From the NCBI GenBank assembly GCA_048013815.1, contig CM106586.1:11346001-11410000 (forward strand): a stretch of 64,000 nucleotides of DNA, read 5' to 3'. Shown here piece after piece: positions 40,314-53,682 of this stretch; position 1 is the stretch's first letter, and the number at the start of each line of letters is the position of its first letter. The notes beneath the pieces are model-generated. The model saw only the letters and a program-made list of their open reading frames with translations, had not been told where the DNA came from and searched no databases. This stretch comes from Setoptus koraiensis. Lineage: Eukaryota > Animalia > Arthropoda. A program made the position numbers and the translations under genes.

Positions 40314-43300
40314 GAAGCACCGCAGAAGCCGGATGGACACTTCAGATTATTTTCAATCGATAGGATGATTTGAATCTAATAAATTTTGAATACATTCACT
40401 CAATCAAAGGCATCCATTCTGCTTGCGAGGCCTATCGCCAGTTCCGAGATTTTTCTTTGCTGAAGGAGCGCATCGCGCGAACGAAAACCTATAAGAAAAT
40501 TTCTCGGAACACGCACCGGGAAACAAGCTCACTTTTGTCACTTTCACTGGGCACGTGCAAGTTTGAATGAATGGACACTAAGCTGCACAGGCCAGATCAC
40601 TCGTTACGATTTCAAATGTATGATACATTTGAAATCGTAACGAATGACGACAAAAAGGGATCGTGTCGCAGTTTTGGGAGCATCAAATGGATTGAGTTTC
40701 AAATTTTTGCATTCATTACTTACTACTGAGTATATTGTGGCTATGTAAGAAGCCCTCTTGGAATCATATAAACAACAGCAGAAAGATTCCTCTATGGACA
40801 TCTCCTGTTTACATTCAACAATAGTTTGACTATAACTCGCTTCCGTTATTGTTTGTTTGTTGTGTGATGATTGAATATGTTTCAACTGTTGTAATTTGAT
40901 ATTTCTCGAGAACACTCCTGTCTCCAATTGTCTGTTGCGACTGACCGTTGACAATGCAAAGTTGAAAAATAAAATGCTTGCAGCGAACGATACTTGTAAT
41001 CTAGCTGATGATTGTTAATGGATACTACTATTTTTACCACAAAACTGATATTGTTGATGACCAGGTAGGCCGGTCATATTAGCCATTGATATGTGCGTGC
41101 TGAACTTAATTAAGTACAAACATTGTTAGAAATATAGCTGTCAACAAACAGTAGTGATGCGTAGTATAAAGCCGATATCCGTTGTACGTGATAACGGTCA
41201 TCCTATAGTACTGATGATGAACGAAATTATCTGACTCGTGTAGCGATCGTGACCATTATTATTGTTGTTGTGGTCGGCGCTACTGTCGTTGCAATGGTCG
41301 CTGTTGGTCAGCGCAGTAGTGATGAAACAGCAAACTGAAAACAACCAAATGTCACTAAATGTCACTATGGTTTTATCTGGGTATATTTGTATTACGTCGA
41401 TTGTGTGCTGCTTTTTTTTTCAACAAAAAACAGCTTCGTCCACTCTTCGCATCGTGCATATTCTGGTGCCTATTTCGTGCGGCTTTCAGACAGTTGTATC
41501 AACTAATTAAAGTTTTTTTTCTATTAATAGCTGCACCATTAAGCTCATTTGTGTAATATAATACCAACTGGTCTCCTGTCGAACATAACCTGTGTGTGTT
41601 GGAAAATTTTCACTTCTTTCTCACTGTCTTTGCGAAATGGCCTCCAACTTTTTGGCTGTTTGCTCATCTCTTTAATAAATTTTTGTTGCTATTGCGATAG
41701 TAGTTTGTTGTTGCTGCAAGGACGACAACATGAAATATGTTTGCGTGCTCGAAAGCAAACAGATACTGATAGGCCGGTTCGTGCCGACGACAAAGTCCGA
41801 CTTTTTTTATCTTCTCTTTCGTGTTGTTTGCAATGTTGACATTCACAATGAGGATTGAGAAATGAGGACCAACCTCAACTCAAATGATGGCCGTTTCGCC
41901 ACTGATTCGTCCCATGATCGCGATAAAATGTGTCTCTCGATGATACCTGTCACAGGTACTGACGCACTCCGACGCTTGAGCAGCCTCATTGAGAAGGGGC
42001 GATCTTCTCGGCTCAGTCTCAGTTTCCCTCTCTCTCTCTCTCTCTTTCTCTGTCATACGCACACACACACACACACACACACTCACACACATACATTCAC
42101 TGTTTCGGTCTCGTTTTGCCCAATGTATAACAGCGATTGCCTCACTAATTTCGCGTTCAAATTCATTCACAAATGCCATTTTGAGGCCTCCGCTAATAAC
42201 TGAGATCTTCTTTTTGTCGCTACAACGCCCATTTAACAGATTAAGTCGCAACCAGGGCAGCACGGGGCTTTATTTCAGCATTTGCACACCTATCTCATCG
42301 GCGGTCGTGTCGAAAAAGTGTTTAGTCAGAGACATTTGCATGCTCGGGTTTGTTAATCATGTGTGCAACTGGGCGATTCATTGAGGTCCGACGAGGGAGT
42401 CATTAGTGGCACCCATTACAATCTCTAATGGACGATCTCGGTCTAGACGGGCGAATCAGCGGTGAACTATTTTAAGCTAATGCCCAAGCTGTTTAAGTAG
42501 CTGACGTGTTGGGGGTGTGCGGACTTGGCGCCGGTGCCCCACTGGACATGTTTCATTTTTGCAAATTCTAACTCTGGCCTTTCCGATCCCACCTAGATAT
42601 ACGACCGAATTCGACTGCAAAATAAAATCTTCATTGATACATTCAAAAGTAATTGTAATCAGCTAGTCAGAGAATTATCAGAGATTTCATGGAATTTCAT
42701 TTGTTTTCACCCTTGACAGTTGCGCATAGGCGCCGCTCGGGCTGATGCCCGAATTGTTATTCAAGAATATTAATCTAGCGCCCGGTTGATTATGCTCGCC
42801 CACCGACTGAATTGAAAACACGGTATAATGCACTAGATGAAAAAAGTGTGTGTCTGCCGGTTAGATACAATTCCGCCTGCGAATTCTCACGAGAGATCTC
42901 GCTCATTTCCATTTAATCGTCGTCCCTGATCTTTTTTCTACTTTTACATTCAATGGAAAGACGGGACAATTACAAAAAGTCCAAAAATCAGAGCACATTG
43001 TCACGTTAATTGAAATGCCGATGGGCAAGAGCCCATCTTTATGACAAAAACTTTCACTAAACTAGATACAAAAGATCGCATGGCAGCAGCAAGTCAAACT
43101 CATGGTTATTCATGGAAATAATGTGCATTGCCCCGACTGAATCACTATACCGTTGCTTTTCGGTGGTATTGTACGACCCCGGGAGTGCAACCTCAGCGCA
43201 GAATAACTTCCACATACAGGTAACTTGATTCGCCAAGAGAATCCATAACCAATCGACGATACAACCACTTCATTCAATCCGAACTTTTTTCCATTGAACG

Positions 43301-43654
43301 CAAAATTGATCGATTGTCGATAGATACGTTGAACGTCCCTCCTCGGATCCTATCTTTTCTGTTTTGAGTGATCCCACGTGCAACTCTCAATCTGAACTTG
43401 CGCCTGCCGATAATTAGCCATAATTATCAGAGTACAGTATTAAGTTATTTTTGGGACGTTCAACCGCCGAGCTTTGCCACGCGGACTTGCCTCTCTATTA
43501 GAGTGCGGTGTCTTTATTTTCCCATGGATTTTATCGTGGTTTAATTAGTGAGTTTAAACTATTGGCTTTGGTCTGTACGAAGTGATTAAATCCTTCCTCT
43601 TGTTTTTTTTTGTTGGTTTAAACCATGACAAAAATAGCATTCAAATAAAATCTA

Positions 43655-44060
43655 CGAAAGGATTTTTATGCAGTCTGGTTCATACCAAATCAGAATTAAA
43701 AACTCATTTGGACTTCGCTCAATTTTCGATTTAAGATCGTTGAAATCTTTTGCAATCCAATTATTTTCATACACTCGAAGCCTCATTTGGGCCCTCAGGC
43801 ACTCAGTTGGCCTGATCTGAGGTACATTTGGTGGATAATCAATCTCCGCTGTGTAACGTGTATCATTTGATTTCGCAATCTGTTCGCTTGAACACCCGAC
43901 AAAACAAGAATGGCTGCAACCGAAGGTGCCAATAAAGTTTCGAATCAACAAAATACACACATCACTCTTTGTCAGTGAAAACAGTTTCGAAAATAGACAT
44001 TCATCAAAATCTGAGAACTATATGGGAGTCAGTCCACTTTCTGATGCACCACATCTAACG
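43655..44060 (-). pseudogene. Fossil IS630-Tc1-mariner transposase fragment (catalytic C-terminal region)
   Basis: YPPNVPQIRPTE..RVYENNWIAK..DLKSKI resembles the NPPNxPxxRPIE..KVY..GWEAK region of Tc1-like transposases. The upstream in-frame sequence GASESGLTPI*F..ECL..KL contains a stop at 44018-44020. Confidence 0.72.
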
Positions 44061-45072
44061 TCAGACACAAACTCTAGGGGGCGTCGCGCATTGAAACGTG
44101 ATCACGCAATGGAATACATTTGGTGACAAATTCATTACATAAATGTTAATTAGTGCACTCGAGCTCTTATCCGTATTGCACAACGTTTATTTTTAACTCC
44201 GAGGGAGTGGGATCGGTATCTATGTACAGATAAGATGAGCCGCTCGCTATCTGGTCACTGGAGGCCCCAGAAAAAGCGTGTTGACTTTGTCTGGGGGCCT
44301 CAAACCTGTGAATAGTTGAAAGAATATATCAGTGCGTCAGATCGGAGTGCGCCGATGCAAGCAGTGCAAATATTTACTGCTTCGGTCAGTTAATTTGGCC
44401 TGACACTCGCGCTGGGAAAGTGTAGAAAAAAATCACATAGAAAGCTGGTTCATGGCTCAGATTCATTCAATTCACATCACAGCCTCCCACTATTGACGAA
44501 TGTTGTTCGATTAACAACATAATGTCTAAACTATGACATAAAGAAACGGATGAGCTACTTTTGGGCGTATTCCCAAAGCGGCGGACTCATTATAGCGAGC
44601 ACACATTGTTCATTAAGCACACCGGAATATCTAATTTAAATGAGTCGGATGTTGTCTGATGGCGCTGATGACATAACTGTGCACTTGTTGACTGGTTGTG
44701 TTTGCAGGCTGTTACACAGTGAGCCTGTCGTTGTGATTTCATGTTGGTGTTGTGCATTAATCGTTAACAATGGCCAATGGGTGGCTTTGTTGTTCGGGCT
44801 CTCAGCACGCCACGAATCGCATGCAAAATAATAGGTTTTGTCGTGTTGTCGCTGCTTAATTTTGGAATTTGTCTGAATTCAGTCAGACAATTCAGTCGGG
44901 CTCATGTTGTGCAACTGCAACACGGGCAAGTTGCAAGGGCAGGCAAACTTGCAAACATACTGACCGAAATAGTGTCGAAATGGTGCATACTGAATTATGA
45001 GAATTTGTCATTCAGTTCAGCATTCACTTTTGATGGTCGCTGGTGGTTTGTGGTGACGACAACAGTATCGAA

Positions 45073-45930
45073 ATGTCCACTTCGGGCGAATGTGCGCGCG
45101 TACTCAAATCAATACCAATAGACATTCCGGATCGTTTGCCCGACGAGATATCAATAAATTTTCGTTCGCCATCCGCCGATTGTAGTGTCACCATTATACC
45201 GGGCAATGGTGGCGTTAGTGGCGTTGGCGGCAGATCGCCCACTCCACAGGCACAACAAAGCGCGGATAAATCACACAAATTGGACAGTAACGAAGATGCG
45301 AGCGACGCAATAATTCACTGTACCACCGACGACGACGACAAAGCCAACAACGATGGCCGACAATCGTCGCCGCTCGAATTCACATTGGACGACATTGAAA
45401 GCGTTATGGACGGTGATCAGCAAGCTGGTCAAGCAATCAACAATGCCGAGCTGAGTTCTCCCGGCGACACCAAACACAGTGATCCGTCTTACGACGTAGT
45501 GTCACCTTTGGGGCGCCACTTCGTCGTCGAAGAACAATGCTCCAATCAAGAACATCATCGTCGCAAGGTGTTCTCGTCCAGCAACGAGCACTCCAGTCTG
45601 ACTATTTACGAGAGCATTACTACGCAAAAACCAGCAAATCACGCCGTGATTAGCCCTTGGCTGGCGCCCATGATGTGTCAGCATACAGTTGAATGCGACC
45701 GTTGCGGTGGGCCTCCCGGGAACGACAACCGCCGGTCGTTGAAAAGCAACACGGACAGAATTTATGCAGCAACGCCATCGACGCTGTTCGCCGAAAATAC
45801 AAGCAATTTACATCCAGATCGTATGACGTCAGACGAACAGATAAATATTAATGGATCTCAGCAACACAACAACACAGATAATGCCAAGGTAATCACTGCA
45901 GTGCCAAACCAGGCAAATCGATTCGATGAG
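45073..45930 (+). CDS. Probable first coding exon of the filamin-like gene (286 codons, acidic and disordered)
   Basis: Long open frame from ATG 45073 to a strong GAG|GTAAGT phase-0 donor. This is compatible with the phase-0 acceptor TTTAG|50138 of the filamin exon, which has no early ATG of its own. Confidence 0.6.
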
Positions 45931-45972
45931 GTAAGTATTTATTGTGCTCCATATTCATTAGTTGACCAGCTG

Positions 45973-46042
<70 letters not shown>

Positions 46043-46364
46043 ATGTATATAGCGAATATTTATATATATATATACAACCCTTTAAATTAGCATATTGATA
46101 CTGCCGGCTCATGATCAAATATGTTAATCTGGTTGTTGATTAGGTCTACACTTTGTCACCGCTCGTAGCTACGACCTGTGCGCCTAAGATCAGTCCTATG
46201 TCACTACTGGGACATGAGAAATCACTCAAGCTAATTAATTAACAGTGATGGAAGGATGATCTCGCAATTACGGAAGCCGCTTTGGTGGACATGTTAGCAG
46301 CGCCAAATAGAGCAGAACAATTCCTGTGAAATGCCTCCGCTTGCATCGCCTGACAGTTCCAGTT

Positions 46365-46417
46365 CATTTTCGGTTCCTTCTCGGTGCATTTTCGGTTCCT
46401 TCTCGCTCCATTTTCGG
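46365..46417. repeat. 22-bp tandem repeat, about 2.4 copies
   Basis: CATTTTCGGTTCCTTCTCG(G/C)T(G/C) unit starting at 46365, 46387 and 46409. Confidence 0.85.
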
Positions 46418-49400
46418 CCAGATTTTCCTTGACCGATTGGCCGAGATGAACGCAAATTAATCACAACAGTGCGCTCCCGTCAGCTCTAACCACCGAATCA
46501 CTATTCAATTAGCTTAATTTTTATGTTTGCCCACTATGTCGTGACATTTGACTTTTGGCAGCACCAGAAAAGACGCAATTACCCAGGTCAGAGTCAACGG
46601 CCGAGCATACGAGATGTATGAGCCGGGCGATATTTTGTTCAATTGTGAGCTGCGTCACAAGCAAACAGAGGTGACTACTTTGTGTCGTTGCTGTTGTTGT
46701 TTTTGAAACATTTCTAGAGAGGTAACGATTTTGCCTAAGAAATCAACGAATCCAATACGAACAATGTAGCAAGCCTCTAATCTCCGCATGTTCTAGTTGC
46801 TCGGCATCTACAACATATATCATCGTGTACCATAGACACAGAGAATATTCTCAATAGAGTGCAAGCAGATCTCTTGTAAGTAAATCGAAATCTCATGTCA
46901 AACGCGACAACACTGTAGCGGGCCTCCACAGTGACATTAATGAAATTTAGATTTGTGATTAAGTTGGTCTCCGCATCATTCTATGCTAGTAATATTATTA
47001 TTACTGTTAGTTTTAGTCTGGTGAAAGCAAATGTTACATTATTTGGAGTAGTGAGACAAAGTCAGTACAAACTTAATATTTGTAGTAAACAACAACAACA
47101 GCATGTAATGATACAATCTTGCTGTTGGATGTGTCTCTCGAAGCGCCTGTCTGACGAGTAACGGATAATCAAAAATTAATTACAGTCATTAGTAGTCATA
47201 GTGAGAGCTAGTTTGAGAAATAGTTTCATTTTGAGCAGTGCATCTATGATGGATGTGTGGGACCTATGCGATTTGAGCTGGCAAAACCGTGTAGAAGAAA
47301 CACAAGACAGCATTTATATGTATTTGGCTATTATATTTGTTTTTTCCACTAGCTCTAAATCTATATGTGTGCGCTGCTTATAATCATCACAAGATATTTT
47401 TGCAAGCAGTTGTATACAGCATATCATCAAGCTCCAAATGATGGATGGATAGATATGGCCAGGCGAAGCTAGTGACATCTCGTCAACATGATAGATGCTG
47501 CTGTTGTTGTTTGTGATGCATTTTTGATGACGCCACAAAAATAATTGAAATAATCGGATGTCTCATGACAATAAAAGAATTTCATTAGTAGACAAAAATT
47601 CATCAGTTGGCATTGAAACATAGCAACTGAGGTGTCGTTGATGAAATCTAGACAGTTCAGTCGACTGACAGTGTTAGTCGATAGACAGTGTCAATAGTGA
47701 CTTTTGACCGACTGTTGTTGTTGTTGTTGTTGCTGCCGCTGCAAAAAGAAGTGATGTCCTGCCATGAACGCCTAGCGCCTTCATTAATAAAATCTTGTTG
47801 AGAAATTCTATATGGACAGATGTAGAATGAATATGCGCATACTTTTGACAGAATATGTAAATGTATAGTGTGAACAATAGTAATTATAATTGCAAAGCAA
47901 TGAGACACACTATTGCAACTTTGAGATTTGATACTATACAGCTGAGACGGTAGCGGCTAGAAACACAATGAATCTCATGTATCTATCTCAATCCTTCATC
48001 GTTACACTTTGTGGCTTCAGTTAGCGAGGTGATGAACAAGAACCCGGCGAAATGCAGCAGATTGTCAAGAGAGTTTGCTATAAGTTGGTATCTAGAAGAC
48101 TAAGACTAGAAAAGAAATTGTACATTTATATATATGTATAATATGTCTAATAAGGTGCTGCAGTTTGCATGCATTTGGCAGGCGATTCGCAGGCGAGCTT
48201 TAGCAGATTTTCTACTCAGCGAATGTCTCATTTACATTGAACAAGCACACGACGGATCAGATTTGGTTAGCATGGTGCAGCATTTTAGAATTGAATTCTG
48301 ATGCAGCTGAGCGAGCCCCCAAACACATAACCACATAACATAAAACCAGCATAAAAAATAAACTTGATACTACTTATAAGAGCGGACGTCAAGGATCCTT
48401 GTCAAATCATTTAGACCATATGAGCACACGTTAGTAGACAGCAGCTTTCTGTTTTGTTTTCAATTCTTCATACGCACAAACAGACAGAGAGAAAACTAAT
48501 TACATCATTAGAGAAGTTAGAATAATGAAATGAAGCCTATCTATGTAATAATTATGATAGAGAAAAGAAAAAAAAGTTGATCTACATAGAGTGTCTGAGG
48601 GATCTTATTCAACTATGCATAGTAACGACTGGCACAGATGAAGAGGCAATATGAATAAATCTTTCAAGAGAATAAAATGGCTCTCGCGAGTATGGCAAAA
48701 AGATGTCGGTTGTTTATCATCGAGTCCTCTCAATTGTAAACAAACAAGCTAGCAGTAGTTTGGGAGTGAGCAGGGAGTGAACGTTGATGGCAAAAGTGAG
48801 AGACTAGCGAGATAGATTACTGACATCAATATCTTTATACATCTTACGTAACGATATATAATTGAACGAAGAAACACAGAAAGAAGGCCCAAAGTCAAGA
48901 ACGCGAGCTAAAACAATAGATTGATGCATGCAGTTTAAGCCATGAACGATGTTAGTAGTTCTTTTTGCTAATATAGACTAGATTTAATCAAAACTACTCA
49001 CTAACTTAGATCTGCTGTTGTTTCTGGCGTTGCTGGCTTGTTGGCTTGGTAGCGATAAGTTCATTGAAACGACGAAAATTCATTATACATATGGTAGTTA
49101 GTTTAATTATAATGATGCACAACAATAATAGAACAAACAAAACTTTTAGTTACTTCTTTTGAGAGTTTTCTCTAAATCATGTTCACTAAGTGAAGCCAAT
49201 CAACACCCCCTAAGCGAAAGTGCAATTTCTCTCAATCTGAGTCTATTAGATCACAACAATACTCAAGTTAGAGCGCCAGTTGAAAGTAGCATCACATAAG
49301 GATAATTGGGTAGTTCATAAGCAATTTGTCTAGATAACGATAGAAAGTGTGTTCATTTTTGAAAAGTGATCTTGGTCGGCGTGCCAGTATGACGATTAGT

Positions 49401-50137
49401 ATGTTACTAATGGTAATACAAAAATAAAACAATCAACATCGAATTTAATCGTGTACAATCATTGATACTCATTGACGTCAAATATCTTTAATTAGTTTCG
49501 AAACCGAGAGATTTTGTTGCTAAACATTAACCAGAGATTATAATTAATCACGGCACACACACATTAACGCAGTTACAGTTGAAGAAGCAGTAAATATAGC
49601 AACAACAAAAAAAAAAGAGTTTGCAGATTAGATTAGGTTAGTATAAGAGAATAATAATCCACTTGTTGCTGGCCTCAAACACGACTCAAAAAAATCAAGA
49701 ATAAATTCAAATCACGCGCATCGGTCGGAGACATCCCGCCAAAATTGTTATAGAATTTTTGGTGGCCCCGACGACAACACCGACCGACCGATCACTATTA
49801 CGCATCAAGTTGCACGCGTGAAGCTAGATTGATTTGCAATTTCGTTCCCCTCGAATATCTGCGCGAGTTGATTTTTCTATATGCATCGATTGTTTGCGCA
49901 TAGAATGAACGGATATTACCGGTGATAGTTTGAGTGAGCCCACTGTTAATGAATCATCCGATTGGAGCGATTTAATCAACTGTTATTTTCTAAAATTATT
50001 TTCAAGTTATAATTGAATCTTAGTGCAACGTCAATTTGTTGCACAAGCAACTAGCGTAGACACTGACAACATTTGCTTACATTATTTATAATAATTATCA
50101 TTAAATGTATTACACAATATCATGACAAATTGTTTAG

Positions 50138-53100
50138 ATCGATAAAATCAAATCTGGAGAAAAATCAGAGGCAAGCAATAGTCAGTGCAGGGCAGCGAGT
50201 AATTTCGGAGAGGATAATATTAGCGAGGACCAAATAACACGAGATCAACGGCAAGAGTCAGCAATCAAGACAAGAATTGTTGATCATATCAAGAGCAACC
50301 ATTTGTTGTTTAATACAAACCGTAAAACATTTGTACCAACGAAAGAAGCGTCCTCATCTAAATACAGCGACAATAAACGATTCAACGCTATAGCCAACTC
50401 GGCATTGAGAAGAAGGAAAAAAATTGAAATTACTGTCAAAGAACCCAAAGCAAATAAACAACAAGATAGGTCAGCAATAGAGGAAAATAACTACATTGGT
50501 GACCAAGGTACACTCTCACCAGACAAAAAGTTGAATTTTTTCTCGAGAAGCCAAAAGAGATTATTATCACATTCACGGAGCTCACTGAGACTTTTGAGGA
50601 GCTCATTTGCACAAGGCAGGGCAACAACAGTCAAGCGACAAACTGATAGCAGAACAAGCGCCAAAACATTGTTCACAACCACAAAAACTATTTTTCTGCT
50701 ACCACCGCCACCTTGCAACACACAACAGTTACAACCAATAACAATAACAACAAAAAAACTTTCCGAGTTTGTACCTAAAACAGGGCAGCGAAATAACATT
50801 GTTGTATCAAAGGATAATAAAAGAAAGTTTGTGGACACCATAAGAGCCAACAAATACACTGATTTCCTAGTTAAATCACGACACAGAAAACCAGTTGTCG
50901 GTAAAGGAGGCAACGAAGAATTTTATCAGTCAGATTGTTCAATAGTTTCGTTAGAGCTCATAGAGGCTGCAATCAAAATGCCGTCTGGTGGTACAGATTC
51001 GGCTCTCGTTGTTGACAACAAAGATGGTACTGTCAAATTTAGTTATAATCCAAAGGAGATAGGACAACACGAACTTTCTGTCAGATATAATGATGAGCCA
51101 CTACAGGAGTGCCCTTTGAGCTTCTACGTAGATGTAGTTGGATCCGCTAAAAAGAAGATAACTGGTAAGGTTTCTGTTCTTTTTTTAATTTGTTCAATAA
51201 TCTCGTTCTTTCGTGAAAAAAAAACGTTCTGTCTAGACTATGCATGTGCAGCCGACAATGTACACATGTATCCCATCTAATGTTTTAATGCTTCCCCCTT
51301 TTCATGTTGGCATATTTGTTATATGCAGCATACGGTCAGGGTTTGACTAGGGGCATCGCCGGAGATCCCTGCAAGTTCACAATAAGCACTGGTGGTTTAG
51401 GATCGGCAAAATTGAACGTCAGCGTTGAGGGCCCCAGTAAAAGCCAGGTCAATTGTACTGACAATAAAGATGGCACCATTACAGTCAACTATTTGCCTCT
51501 TGTGCCAGGCGAATACAAAATTAAAATAACTTTTGATGGCAAACAAATTATTGGTTCGCCATTCACTGCTAAAATTGGTGATGAAGGAAGAAAACGAGCA
51601 CAAATAAGTGTGGGGCAAGGAAGCCAACGCAATCTCGATTTGAAAGTTAGCGAAAGTGACTTAAAAATACTCAATGCCGTCATTGTAACACCATACGGTC
51701 TGGAGGAACCGTGTACACTGAAGCAGCTAGCAAAAGATCAATTGGCTATTTCGTTCACTCCCAGAGAGCAGGGCACTCATCAAGTTAACGTCAAACGGTT
51801 GGGTAATCACATTGGTGGTAGTCCATTTAAATTCGACGTTTTATCGCGTGATATTGGTGATGCAAAACAGGTTAAAGTGTCGGGCAAAGGTTTGAAAGAG
51901 GGAAAAACTAACACAGATAATGAAATCATAATTAATACGAAAGAGGCTGGCTTCGGTGGATTAAGTTTGAGCGTAGAAGGACCAAGTAAGGCCGATTTAT
52001 CAAGCAAAGAAAATTCTGATGGTACAGTTAAAATTTTATACAAACCCTACGAGCCTGGATATTACAATATCAACATCAAATATGCTGATCATGTTGTGCC
52101 CGGATCTCCGTTTACCGCAAAAATATCTGGCCAGGGATCAAATCCACAAAGGGAGACAATAAAGAGATACAGAAAGGCCGAACCAATACAGGACTCCAAT
52201 TCGCAATGTCATTTTACGTTCAAGATGCCAGGAAAATCTGCCTACGATTTATCTGCTCGTATTCTATCTCCGCAAGGAGTGAGCGAGGACGCCTCCATCA
52301 TTGACTTGGGTGATTTTGTGTATCAATTAAGTTTTGTTCCGAAAGAAGTTGGTCTTTATACATTATCAGTGCGCGACAAAGATATTCATATACCTGGCAG
52401 TCCATTCTCATATACAATTGGACCGTTAAGTGACTTTGGTGCTCATAGAGTTCGTTGTGGTGGACCCGGCCTTTTACGAGGCACATGTGGAAAATTAAAC
52501 GAGTTCAACGTTTACACCAGAGAGGCGGGGGCGGGCGATTTAGCAATAAATGTTGAGGGGCCTTCAGCAGCCAAGCTAACTTTTAATGATCGCAAAGATG
52601 GTTCTTGTCATGTGGGATACACAGTAGAAACAGCTGGCGAATATAGAATTAGTATCATGTTCAACAACCAAGAGGTACCTGATTCGCCATTCAAAGCCTA
52701 TATAATGCCACAAACTGGCGATGTGTCCAAAATAGAATTGGGCCCACTGCCGCCAGAGAACATGATTCAATTGAATAAACCATGTAACATACCAGTTATT
52801 ATGAATGGTGCCAAGGGTAACATTGAAGGAAAAGTTATTTTGCCTAGCGGTATAATGGACGACTGTTTTGCGTCGCCTATTGATGCAGAGAATTGGGGAG
52901 TCAGATTTATACCTCGCGAATTGGGTGTCCATCAAGTTCAGATAAAATATAACAAAGGCTCTGTACACATTCCTCAATCTCCCATCTATATCAGAGTTGG
53001 CCATGACAATGCCGATCCTGCCGCAGTTATGGTACATGGTCACGGATTGAAAGAGGCCGCAATAAATCATGCTACAGAATTTATCATTGAAACTTGTAAC

Positions 53101-53682
53101 GCTGGTCATGGATCGTTGGAGGTGACAATTGAGGGCCCATCAAAGGTGTCGATGGACTGCACTGAAGTGGAAGAAGGCTACAAAGTTCACTATACTCCGT
53201 TGGCACCAGGTGAATATTATGCAACAATCAAATACAATGGAGCACATATAACAGGTTCGCCATTCAAAATTCGTGCAATCAAACTGCCGGGCTCCAGGCA
53301 AGTGGCCGATTTGGGTAATCATGAGACATCGACAGTCATAATATCTACGACTGATAAGCAGGTCAGACAGAAGGTGGAAAATATGCCAAAATTCAAGTCG
53401 GACGCAAGTAAAGTCTATTGCAAAGGTATGGGCTTGAAAAAGGCCTTCGCCAACAAGCCTAATTCATTGACAGTAAACTGTGGCGACGCTGGATTCAATC
53501 TATTATATGCGGCTTTCTTGGGACCATCCAGAAATACCATATATGATGTGTCAGTGAAGCATATGGGCGGAAGTATTTTCCAAGTTAATTACACTTGTAA
53601 GGACAAAGGCGATGCTATTCTCGTGGTCAATTATGGAGATGAACAGATACCGGGCTCACCTTTTAAAATAGAAGTAGTATGA
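50138..53682 (+). CDS. cher: Filamin (cheerio-like), C-terminal Ig-repeat half; exons 50138..51164 and 51329..53682
   Basis: Serial filamin Ig repeats (DNKDGTV, GSPF, EGPSKA, YTREAG, FKSDASKV.CKGMGLKKA, terminal IPGSPFKIEVV) collinear with the C-terminal half of Drosophila cheerio. The GTAAGG..GCAG intron restores ITAYGQGL. Confidence 0.95.
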
